In this document: positions 1 through 11,709 of the stretch, one piece after another
How the letters are laid out: each line of letters starts with the position of its first letter
Numbering within the stretch: the stretch's first letter is position 1
Assembly: GCA_030141605.1 (NCBI GenBank)
Contig: JAQGDQ010000208.1
Location: 186,001-250,000, forward strand
DNA from: Tubiluchus corallicola
Lineage: Eukaryota > Animalia > Priapulida
DNA: 64,000 nt
Reading direction: 5' to 3'
Notes under the pieces: generated by a model
What the model saw: the letters and a program-made list of their open reading frames with translations, nothing else
Database searches by the model: none
Told to the model about the DNA's origin: nothing
Program-made: the position numbers and the translations under genes

Positions 1-864
1 AATTGCACCTTATTACTTACTCAGTGGTGTATTGATATTTTGGCAACTCCATTAGCATAGGCAACAGAACATCTGAACATGATCACCAATATGAATCCTG
101 CTTTGACCAGAGTAGGAGCAGGGTCAGAGCCAAGTAAGTCAGTAGTGTGAGTGGTGTTGGCAAAGAATGTGGCTATGGTATACGTAACAGTAACCACAGT
201 TCTAAAAATTACTCGGCATTTAGGCTATTCTTTAAGAACTGATCTTTTTTAAACAGCTTTGCGGATGCAGTGGGTAGTCATTGTTATTACATTAATGTTA
301 GCTGCTTTAAAAAGCCACTGTGTTTGTGTAGCCAAGTCCAAAGACTTTTTTAATTGTTGTAAATCCTTTTAAACATATATAAGGCCTATTCTTACATGTG
401 GCAAGTCTGAACAAGTGCATTTTAACTAAAAGCTAGCTAAGATGCATGCATGTGTAGTTGGAAGAGAGATTCCAGCAGTCCAGTCATACTGCATTTATGT
501 ACAATGTGATTGTAGATGTTATGAGCTGCTTTTATAAATAATATGTATCACTCTATTGTACATAAAAGGCACTAACATATTACGGCAATGTTGCAGGATA
601 TAAGCAATTATGTTTTTTTCTGAGAATTTAGCACTTCTGTTCTACATTACCAACTGACTAAACTTAATTTTAGATTGTGATCCTGTCTATTAACTTTATT
701 TTTCTAGCTGCAAGAGCTTTATACTTGCGATTTAATTAAGAAGATATCAAGTCTTTTTGACATGGCAGTGCGTGCTCATAAATATAAAGATATTGAAAAT
801 TCTGCAAACTGCTTCCTATGCTTATATATGCTTATGTATTAATCTTTTTTTAAATTTCTTTCAG

Positions 865-1041
865 TCACTACTAGATGAGCCAAATCCCAATAGTCCAGCA
901 AACAGCTTAGCTGCTCAGCTTTATCAGGAAAACAAGAGGGAGTATGAGAAAAGGGTAGCTACAATTGTCGAGCAGAGCTGGGTGAGTTTTTATGACGAAG
1001 AAGATGGGGTAGAGAAAAGTGAGCAAGATGCAACCAGTTAG
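865..1041 (+). CDS. UBE2A: Final coding exon of RAD6/UBE2A-B ubiquitin-conjugating enzyme E2 (upstream exons lie outside the window)
   Basis: Polypyrimidine tract and AG at 863-864, then [39 protein letters not shown], nearly identical to the C-terminus of UBE2A/UBE2B/Rad6. Ends with an acidic extension and TAG at 1039-1041. Confidence 0.93.
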   Translation, partial: SLLDEPNPNSPANSLAAQLYQENKREYEKRVATIVEQSWVSFYDEEDGVEKSEQDATS

Positions 1042-1979
1042 GATTTTTAGCCTCGGTGTCTTACATATTTATTTCTAGATAAATAATGTATAGCAACGTT
1101 TGCTGTGATTCCGCATAGTGCGATTTGTAAAAAAAACTATTTTGGTGCAATTGATGTAATTACGACGAATAATGACTTGCTGTTTCTCGATTCAGTGGTT
1201 TTAATTTAGGTTTTGCACCTTGCTTATATACTTGACTTGTGTAAGGCAAATATGCTATTTTTGCTTTAATTTTAAGAGTGAGTGTTTTCCTCTGTGAGCT
1301 GTTCCCCTTAGCAGTGTGAAAAAACAGGTTTAGTCTTTTAAAACTAATTTATTATTTTTCTTCATTTGACATGCTATGGTTAATAAGTAGTGATCCTTAC
1401 ATTATCAAATTTGATTTGATTTTTGTACATGCAAAATCTGTTGTTGTTACACAGAGCTGGTTAATCTTTACTTCACCACTATCTCATAATCCCTTCTTAC
1501 TGTTCTCAATAGATGTCACCATGTTATGCACATTACGCTGTTTCTAGCACTGTTTACAGGGTAGGTTCACCATCTAGCTATTAAAATTAATATTAAACTA
1601 ACAAATTATTATCCATTTATATGATGTCGTTAAAAAACTTATTCATGGTCAGTGTGCCATATTCATGCATGTGGCCATACTTTATCGTATATAAGCTATA
1701 GATAGAAATGCCCATATGCACTACAAAACATCTATGATGTAATACATATTCTTTAAGTTTTCCTGGTCTCTGCAAAACACCGATGATGTGATACAAATAC
1801 TTTAAGTTTTTGCTGGTATTGGCTGTAAAGTTTTCTCTGACTGGAATTTCCAAGCTACATAATATTTAAACTCAATGTACTGTGCCATTGAGAATTGGGT
1901 AATCCACTAATGTTTATAACAAAAATGTCTTATTTGCCGGTAAATCTTATGTGGTGTTACTTTGCATACACAAGTACCA

Positions 1980-2160
1980 AAAAAACATTATGATATGTTT
2001 CCTTTTTCTGTTTGAAATATTCACCAGCTATTATTCCGTGAACCTTTTGCATTGTTATTCGGCCATTAAAAGTTTAAATGTTTGTATGAATGGTGCTATT
2101 AGTGTAAAGCCGAGTTTACTGTGAATACAGTTTGTGGAGTAAAGTTTGCATAGTTGGTTA
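1980..2160 (+). repeat. Diverged dispersed repeat; second direct copy at about 5680-5850
   Basis: By-eye alignment, e.g. ttcggccattaaa...tatgaatggtgctattagtgtaaagccgagtttact versus ttcggccatcaaa...tatgaatggtgctatttatataaaactgagtttatt. Boundaries approximate. Confidence 0.6.
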
Positions 2161-4799
2161 TAGTTTTTCTTTGGTATGCAACTATTGTATTTTGTTTTTC
2201 ATTTTGGATTTTGCCTACATGCTATAATTTGCCTATAAATATTAATCTGCACTTTAAGGTACTTCGTGTTTATTTATTTGCCGTGTTTTTTCATGCAGCT
2301 GCTGTTGATCAACATCGTAATATAAAAGATTTCTTTGTAAATGATTGCGATGCAATGGCTACTTTATGTTTGGTTGGCAAGAGTCATTGAAATCATGTAG
2401 CTTTGGTTGTTTTAGAATGTCGAGATTAGCAGAGCAATTGAATACACTCACCTCGCTGTATTTTTTGTCAGATGTAAGCATAAAGTCTTTATCTTGTTAG
2501 TTGGTTGCATAATGTAAATGCCCTTTACAGCAGTGTACATTTGTAATTTAAATCTATGTTTATTAACATAAATGCACCAGGAAACCTCTTTTCAGTATCC
2601 TGAAAGTAAACCTGCTTGAAAATTTACTTCGTCATAAAATCGGGTAATATGGATCTGTTTAACATTTGCAGCTTACTTATTTGCAACATCTACCAATAGT
2701 ATAGTACTGATTAGTACAGTACGAATAATTGTTTAGGTTTATTTAATTAGATTAATTAATAATGGAATGAACACAATTTTTTAAAACTAAACTTGCCAGG
2801 AAAGTTATCAAAACTGAAGACTGAAAATTTGGGTTTCTGCACCAATACTCCTAATTGTATCAAAAAAAGTTTACAGAGCACGCTACGATTTCAATATGTT
2901 TTCACTTAACCAGATGCAAGCCTAAACTGCAATCTACTACATTGCTATGTTTACCAGTATAGAATGCTTCAGTTACAAAACTCAGTATGCCAAGTGAACT
3001 TGCTGGTTTGTATTTTCAGTACAGTGTAATTATTCATACTACATGTACAGAATGTTGACACTTGCTGGTAGTCTTGTTCTTCTGCATATTGTAAAAAGCA
3101 CAAACTTTTGTATAAACTTTTTACCATGACAAATTTTAAAATGTATGCTGTCACCCATTAGATGTTTGAGAAACCAAAGCTCATAGAACTACTATTGTTG
3201 TAATCTAACCTTTTCACCTAGCCAATTTATGTACATAATCTACGCTTGTAAAATGTAAATAAAAACAAAGTTCCCATCAAATTATTGCCAGTAGTTTTCA
3301 GTTGTTACTGCACATATAAGACTGTGAGTACCAGACAAAACTGCCAATGCATCACGAAGTACAAACCAAGAGCTGTCATCACACAATTACAACAGATAAT
3401 AGAGTTTTTCAGATCTTTATTATCACAGCATCGGATAAACTCAAGTAACGAAAACTAATACGATAGCGGTGTTTTTTAAAAAAAATTTGTCTACTTCCTG
3501 TGAATAACACACAGACTTCATTAGAATTTGATCTTTACATATATTTAGCAACTTACAGTCCAAAGATTGGTTTGAAACAAAATCTAATATTTATGCAATT
3601 CATCTTGAAAACTGTTAGACTTCTGCTCTTGTGTTGGTCTTTTCTTGTACGAAGTATACAGCTTATTTGCAGGTACACTATGTTTCACTACTTACAAAAG
3701 TTTATTATTTGAAAATACATTTGAAAAAATTCCATCGCTTTGGAAATCACTACAGCTCGAATTAAAATAAAGAATTGCCTGGTGTCTTGGCTCTACTATA
3801 TAATAAATATACAAAAATTAATTACAATTTTACTATACTGTATTGGTATACGTTTGTTGGATGTTAAGCCTTTTATATCATCTACGCCTAGTCGCCTACA
3901 CCAATTTATAGCAACAAATGTGCCTATCAGTACTATTTCTCTGACATAAGTGTATAATAATTCCACCAACAGCAATCTGACTATTGTAAGTATAGCATTC
4001 ATACATATTTACAATTTGTAAGTATTCTGCATACTTTATGCTGCTAACTATCATTATTTATAACATATCATACATAACAATTAAAACCGGTTTATTTGCT
4101 TCACATATTTGAAGTTGCTCATATAGTGTTATACACGTAATGCAAAAACAAAGCTTATGCATATATCATTACCTATAACAATATACAATACAGTATGTAG
4201 AATGTACACAACAAAAGTTTTTAACATACTTTTATTATTGCATTGTGTTGTATATAATCAAGCTAACTGCCTAGGCCAATAAGCGAACTGCGGATTATAG
4301 AAATCAACTTTAATATTTTATACCAAGTATAGATACGGAAGAGGTTTACATGTAGTTTACTACGTAAATTATCTATAATACATATAAACATGAAAAAATA
4401 AAAAATAAACATAAAAGTTTATAATATCCACCACTGAAAACAGTTAAGAATAAGGTTTTTTATTTTTCTTAGAGAGCATAGTTGATATATAATCATACTT
4501 ACTAAATGAGAAAAAAATAATATTTGAAATTTAGCATTATTTGCAGGGCTAAATGATTTCTGCAATTTCAGTGCCTGCAGATTATTTTTAACTAAACGTA
4601 TAAGTATGTGGCTTAGTAGCGAAAATGGAAGATAACGATCATACGTACATACGGTAAGGATGACGTTATGCCCAGCAAAATAAAAAATAACAGTTACATA
4701 ATGTGCACATTGAATATTTACACACACATTTGTTTATTATTTGTAAATTTTCGCACATGACATATATTAAAGGAAGATAAATTTTATTACGAGATTAAA

Positions 4800-5220
4800 G
4801 GAAAAACCAATCCATGAACAACATTTATTCAATTTTACTATACAATTAAAAATATTGAAATAACCACACAATATACACGCATAAAATACCTTCTTTATAA
4901 ATGTAAAAGAAGTTTAAATATTTTCTCATCTCCTACCAAACGAACATCGCTGCCGGCATATTTGAAAAAATGAAGGCAAGCTGTGGTGAAGGTATGCGCT
5001 GCAAAATTTCTACTGTTAACTCAGATTCAAGCAGTGTTATTTAACTGTGTTTATGTAAAAGTTAGTCATTGGATTAATTATGACCAAATTTAAAGTGGTT
5101 ACATATATTAATCCACAGGATTATATGTTAAAATGTATAAGTAGTGTACAGTAACTGTCAATAATTAATTTTGCAGATTTTTGTTGACTTTCAGATGTGC
5201 ATACAAACTTGCAAGCACAA
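4800..5220. repeat. Left arm of an old inverted duplication; right arm is about 6350-6528 plus 9273-9520, split by a transposon
   Basis: Reverse complement of 5041-5220 aligns to 6350-6520, and reverse complement of 4800-5040 aligns to 9273-9520 (e.g. ttttttcaaatatgccggcagcga...gtttggtaggaga versus ttttttcgaatatgcccgtagcga...gtttggtaggaga). Confidence 0.75.
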
Positions 5221-6528
5221 AGTAAGTGCCACGCGGGTTAATTAGTTTATAAAGATCGCTCTGTAAATCAAAAAAAGATTGCTGAAACAAATGGCGAAAT
5301 GAGTGTTTTTACTGCACAGTAACCAGATGAAGAGATCACGACTTTAAATTGATTTTACTAATTGCACGAGGTGCTTATCACAGTTTTATTGCTGAAAATT
5401 TCCATCATTTTTCTAAAATAATAAAGTAAGCTCAACTTCCCAAGTGGCTTTTGCTTTAAAGATTGTTAAAAATCGTTACTGGGGTATAATTTCAGTTCCT
5501 CAACAAGGAACTGTGGCGGGACATAAATGTGTCAGTTACAAATTTATATCATGGAAAAAAAATTGCATTTACCGTTCTTGCATTACAATTACCACTCCAA
5601 TTATTTTCATCCACTATTGAGTTAATGAACTCAACAAATGAAGGATTATGCAGGAACATTGTTTTTTTATAAGGTAAAAATTATGGCGTGATATTGAGCT
5701 TTTACTCTTTGATATATTGACCAACTGTAGTTCAGTGAACTTTCCGAGTTATTTTTCGGCCATCAAACATTCATATGAATGGTGCTATTTATATAAAACT
5801 GAGTTTATTGCGCATCTGGTTGGTGTTATGAAGTCTGAATCAGTTACTGGGCTTTAATAAATTAATATGAGTTTTGCGTAAATGCGCAACAAGAAAATTA
5901 GTTGAACCATTTTACAAGCATAATAGAATTCAAGGCAACAGCTAAGGTTATCAGAAAGTTGAACTTACTTTAATATTTGAAAAGCGTTAGAAAGTTTCAG
6001 CAATAAAACTTGTAATTAACACCTCGCGCAATTAGTAAACTCAATCTAAATTCGTGATCACATCATGCTTAGGCAATCTCATTTTGAACGATGTCAATTT
6101 GATGCAGTACAGTATCAACACCTATTCCACTAGATTTTGCAGCAGCAGTCACATTACCAACTATAAAAAATCATAAAATATTAAACAAAAGATTATTAAT
6201 CTATTTTTGCACACTATATAATGAAAAACATTTACTGACAATAGTACAGTAAACTCAAAGCTTGACTAGTTAACCCCAACAAAGAAAAATCATTTTAACA
6301 AGCTAAAACTGAACTCTCTAAGCTAAGTAACTGCCTGACCAGTACTATATCTGTTAGCAGGATTGTATGCTTATCTGAAGTCACCAACCAATCTATTTTT
6401 GATTATGTACAGTACACACACATTTTGAGGTACAATGCTGTTGATTAAAGCTACGTAAACACATTACAGTTGTTCCTAGTTGATCTGATGACCAATTTTC
6501 ACATAAACAACATTAAACAAAGACTTAA

Positions 6529-9268
6529 GAACGCGTCCGCGAGAAGACCATGCAAAATCGAAAAATTCCGGCACAAGGTTAGGTAAACCGATTCAGACCA
6601 AAGTTCGGGTATGATGTCCACTAGTCACTAGTATTCACTATGTGAATCCGCTTGGTCCAACTCCTCGTAGTAGCAGAGGTACGGCATAGGCCGATTTTCA
6701 TGAAAAAATGCCTATTTTTCTCTATTTCTTTACTCATATTTGAAGGATTAACCATGCAACAACCACTGAGTTTGAATAGATCTGACTCTGCACAGTATTG
6801 GGTCTTGTTATCTTCTACAAAATGACTTTTCGACTTTTGTCCCAAACCCCCCTCTTTCAGCTCTACTGGGGGTCTTTAAGCTCGCATTACGCACAAGATG
6901 CAAATACTCAGTCATTTCAAAGTCTTATATCTCACCCACTGCGGGGGCGGGAACAAAAATATTGATATGTATGTGAATAGAGCATCCCATCTCACTATGT
7001 TGCAGTGACAATTTCGATGGAGCGAATTTCCACCCTATTGTAAATGACCCTTGAAAGAGGCATATATCAGGGCGAAAATATAGGTAACAACGTTCATCAA
7101 AAAGCTTCGTGTAGGTAAACATGAGTTGTCAAATCTTGTCAAAATACTTCAAAACGTCATAAATATTCATCTTTGGCAACTAGGGGCCTGGACAGCACAT
7201 TGGTTAAACTACCGACAGGACTGGACTCTCGCATTCAAGATGGCGGCCACTGCTGAACTAAAATGTTCGTTTTCTGGGCTGTTTACCAGCGTTAAATGCG
7301 GTATTCTGACTAGTTATCCGCACGAAACGAATATTGTGAATCTATTAGCCTGGACTAAAGACACTGGACCGCATTTAGAGCGCTTCCTTCTTCAAAAAAA
7401 TGAAATATCTACGGAATGGAAATTGCTTCTTGCAAGGACTGGAAAATGTTTTATGTACTGTTTATTTTCTATGCTTTGTAAATGTTATGTACAGGTTATT
7501 ACCTAGTTATTACTCATTGTCTTACATAGGCGTACAAGCCAGGACACAAAGAAAATTGCCCTAAATCTGAGCAAATGCCCAAAAAGTATGGGACAGACTT
7601 CCCCAAAAATATCCTTTGTCCGGTGATTTTTTGACTGTAAAACATCGAAAATTTTTGTGCCATTGACGCAATCATTCGATCACACTATTAATATTTTTTG
7701 TCAGAAGTATCGATTTCGTGCCACAAATAAATTTTGGGCGAAGAAAAATTTTCTGAGCTAAATATCACCGCCATCCCCCTAGAAGCGGCCCATGCGCTTA
7801 TATTGTCTCATGTTTAGACTGTAAGATTTTCGCTTTATCACTTTCCCCATGATACATTTGTCTATATTTCTGTATCTATCTTCTAGGGATAATCTACCTG
7901 CATCGATAATTCTTTCTCTATTATTTAGATATTATGGTTTTGATTACTTGTACTACTCTTCAGTGATAGGATTATGCTGCTACAATAGGACTTATTTTGG
8001 ACTTAGAGAAATTAATTCTAACTTGAGTTTTATAGTTTTTCATTTTTGTACTGATATTCATAATCTTCTATGTATAGCCATGAAGCTTATTCATATAAAA
8101 AGTATAAAAAAATGAACGGATGTATAAAAATGAACGGATTTCTATTTTATATGTATATACCAAGTGTTGTCTTTCAATCTTAACAATCGGTACTTCTTTT
8201 CTATTAGAGGGCTTATTGTTTAGTCTTTCCTGGTATCCACTAGCGATTCAGTGTGTAGAGAATGCCCTGAATCAGGGTTGTACTCAGTACCTAGGGCATG
8301 CATGATGTTCTGTCCAGAAATCCATCAGAAGAGGCAATTATTCATATTTGTAGTCATATGAAAATTCCGACATAACTAAACCAATTTAAGATGAAATTCT
8401 CAAATTTCTAGCAATTTCCATGGCAGAGGAATCTATTGCTACTAGGATATGAGAGCCCTAGTCACAGAAAATGCAGGTTAAATGTGGCTAAATGTCTACT
8501 GTCATATACGACCTGAGCCAAGTATGTCTACTTTTTACACATGGACGGAATTACTATGGAAAGTAAAAAAGTGTGTTGATAAGGCAGTTTTTTCTAACAG
8601 TGCCCCCTCTACATAATGTCATTCGTGATATTATCTCAGCTCGTGCGTTTTCATGAAATTTAGAATACAGATTTGTCACTTATAATCCAGCACATAGATA
8701 GAAAAAATATTGAAAAACTACAAAAAAGGGGAATTTTGCCAATTTTTGTGAAATTTTAAAGTGCCAGTACTAAATACTGAAACAGCCTCCAGCGAATTTT
8801 CTTTTTTATATTATTAGTGAGGATGATGGTTAACACATACATGAAAACCAGAAGTTGTGTAGCCCCACAGTGGGCGAGTTATGAGCCTTACAACTTAACC
8901 TCTACCTGGACTCTTAACAAAGAGCCGAATTTGAAAAATCCCGTTCTCTGATACTATTAATAGTATGTCAGAAAAAGTTAGGATATCAGAAGACAATGTC
9001 TGGGTCTATGTACCAGCCAACTTACATCGACCCATCTATAATAGTTTATACAGGACAAAAAGTTAAAATAATTCCCCAAAATAGCAATTTTTTGCCTCTT
9101 TTGAAGTCAATTTCTTGATGTGGTCATTTCTCTGCCAATAGTAGCTCGATCGATTTGATATCTTAGTTACATGGTTTTGGGGGGTCGCCCTTCATGTTAG
9201 AAAAAAATGATATAAATTCGTCACCCCTCATGTGCCACCCCCTGCATGGTGCTCTCGCGGACTCGTTC
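6529..9268. mobile_element. TTAA-targeting DNA transposon (Kolobok- or Sola3-like), non-autonomous or decayed, about 2.74 kb
   Basis: Imperfect TIRs of about 26 bp (GAACGCGTCCGCGAGAAGACCATGCA and reverse complement GAACGAGTCCGCGAGAGCACCATGCA), flanked by TTAA at 6525-6528 and 9269-9272. GA...TC termini do not match the CCY...RGG ends of piggyBac. Internal exon-like ORF from ATG 7240 (MAATAELKCSFSG...EWKLLLARTG). Superfamily assignment is inference. Confidence 0.8.
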
Positions 9269-10020
9269 TTAATTAGTTAGAATAGCAGAACTGAGCTGCA
9301 GAAATTTTGATATGCATGCCTTCATGCTATCCATCAACTTAGGTTATTTTTTCGAATATGCCCGTAGCGAGACTGTTTGGTAGGAGAAAGAAATGATTTC
9401 AATTTCCTTGCATTTTTAAGCGAGGCATTTATGTGTGCATATTGTATGGTAATTTCAATATTTTTAACTGTATATTACAATACAGTGAGATGTTGTTCAA
9501 GGGTTAGTTTTTTCCATTAAAAAAGATGGTCGAAAACAGATTCAATTTGATAAAGAACATATTTTTGAATCGGACAATAACTTTCAACTACTGGTATTCA
9601 ATGTTTTAATAACTTACTGTAGGCTGCTCATGTAACATGCTAGCATTTAGTTCATGCGCAGTATATATATGTGAGGGCATTTGCCAAAGTCCAGCCAAAA
9701 TGTAGTAGTCAAGTCAAGTCACAGTTAAGTCAGCCATTTGAAATTGTAGGAACTCATGCACTGATGCTTGTAATCGCAATCCCTGCGAAGAGCACGTGTA
9801 TGAAAGCACCTCAAGCTTTAGCTCACCATGTTTTAGTAACCAAGTTTGTTAATGATTCAGCAGCCAAATGAACATTCAATAGTTTTGAGCTAACCTTGCA
9901 CAAAAACGATTTCCATGAGATTACTGGTGATTCTAATCAGTTAAATTCGAGAGTCAAAATCTGAGATCTGGATCAAGTCCAATTTTGGCATAATCAAATG
10001 GTGGTGCCACAGAATTACAA

Positions 10021-10377
10021 TGGTGGTGGGATTAATAATCGATTACAACTGCTTTGGGTCATTTCCAATTATGAGTTATTTTTAGTTGCCAAATTGGTTG
10101 TATTACCAAAATTATTTATAATTTATTTTTCGAAAAATTTATAAAAATTGAAGGTGAAATATGGCTTGTCAATGTGGTAAACTCAAGCAGTATGGCTTTG
10201 TGCAGTAACTTACAATGCTGGCATAGCTGCTTAGAGTAGACATGAAGGTTTTTCATAAGCATGAAGACTTGATTTTAGTGTGTACCTGCTTTCTTATAAG
10301 TCAATTATAATCGATTGTCAAATAGGTTTTGTATCCAATTAATCGATTACAAAAAAGCAACTGACATCCAACCACTA
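10021..10377. mobile_element. Putative hAT-like MITE remnant
   Basis: Imperfect terminal inversion (tggtggtgggat ... atccaaccacta) and repeated internal aatcgatt motifs; no clean TSD seen. Confidence 0.35.
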
Positions 10378-10929
10378 AACTATATTAATTTTTTCCAGCT
10401 TACATATCCTTGTGCAACAATTTTGTTTTGAAGACAAATTCAAGTCACTCACGGTATGAATTTTCAAATACATCCGAAGATCATAATTTTTATTTCTAAA
10501 TGGCAACCAATGACTATGAATTTAACTCATCCATGAAATTAACAATGCAGGGTTTATTTTAACCCAAATTTTAATTTGTGGCATCTTTCCAAACAATAAA
10601 AGCCTTTTAAAATATCCAGAACGTGGCAAACCACATCGAACACCATTTAATTTTTACAATGCACGCAATTCAAAACCCTCAAAATTTTGAGTTCCGATGC
10701 TAATTCACTCTCACACAGCCTATTAACATCACCAATAATCTCTCAGTTTTATCTCGTTTCACAAGGTTTTCATTTTGACTTTTGAATACCGTTAATGTTC
10801 GTTAATAACAATACTTTCCCACATTTTCTTTGGCTATTAATCATCATCAACTTGCACTGGACGTCCATTTACTATGCGGCGCATTGTAATAAACAGACTT
10901 CCTGTAAAAGGGAAGCCTTCCCGGCCTAG

Positions 10930-11346
10930 CTATCCCTCAGTCATTCTGGCTTTCGAGCGAACAGCCTCAGTGTACTTGTGATCGTTGTTGGCACCAGCAA
11001 CGATTGCTGTATCAGAGCGTTTCGAGCCCACGTTCAAAGTTAGAACCGGGGAACTGTTACTGTCAGAGACAGTTGCAATGGCACCGCCAGGACCTCTGTT
11101 GGTGCTGCTCAAAAGCAGCTCACGTAATACACTCAGTTCTCTAGATAGTGTAGTGATTCTGTCCTCTAAAGCTTCATTTTCTTCTCTTAAAAGCTTGATT
11201 CGTTCAATAGTTTGCCGCTTCTTAATCTTGCTACTTTCACGGCTCTTTTTCACTGCTTCATTATTACGATCACGGCGCTGTCTGTAATCTTCACTGTTCT
11301 TAGTTTGCTTTTGATTGCCAGTCTTTTTTGCAGGCGTTCGACCCAT
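10930..11346 (-). CDS. CEBPG: C/EBP gamma-type bZIP transcription factor, single coding exon, 138 aa
   Basis: DYRQRRDRNNEAVKKSRESSK...LREENEALEDRITTLSRELSVLRELL matches the C/EBPgamma bZIP (AVKKSR, ELSVL). Very short N-terminus with no activation domain. ATG at 11346-11344 has an in-frame upstream TAA. Likely 5'UTR intron 11540-11375 (gtaagc...ttttttcag). Confidence 0.88.
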   Translation of the reverse strand: MGRTPAKKTGNQKQTKNSEDYRQRRDRNNEAVKKSRESSKIKKRQTIERIKLLREENEALEDRITTLSRELSVLRELLLSSTNRGPGGAIATVSDSNSSPVLTLNVGSKRSDTAIVAGANNDHKYTEAVRSKARMTEG

Positions 11347-11628
11347 GATTTTACACAAATGTTAAAGATAGGACCTGAAAAAATAAACGAAACACTAATG
11401 CTTCATAAACACCTAAAATGCCTCTCTGTAAAATAGTCAGTTGCACCAAAAGGAAATTAGTGTGTTGCAGTTAATCTAATGCATTCCTCTATGTTGTGAC
11501 TTCATTTGCACCATTTATGAGCCAATAATAATATGCTTACCGTAACTGAAAAAAATTACGACTGAGACTGAGAAAACAGGACTAGATTAACGTGCGCATG
11601 TCATTACTGGACAAGTATTTATACTAAG

Positions 11629-11709
11629 CCAATGTCTGATGCAAATAGTAAAGTACAAGTACCGTGATAAAGCAAATAGAATGTGTGCCAATACTGCTTT
11701 ATTGCATCA
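11629..11709. promoter_or_regulatory. Putative CEBPG proximal promoter: two CCAAT boxes, each followed by a C/EBP-ATF (CARE/AARE) site
   Basis: CCAAT at 11629-11633 and 11688-11692; TGATGCAAA at 11637-11645; ATTGCATCA at 11701-11709. Lies just upstream of the inferred non-coding first exon ending at 11541. Confidence 0.6.

Noticed and set aside
10985-11287. 100-aa plus-strand ORF overlapping CEBPG
   Set aside because: Antisense shadow of the bZIP coding sequence with a non-ATG start.
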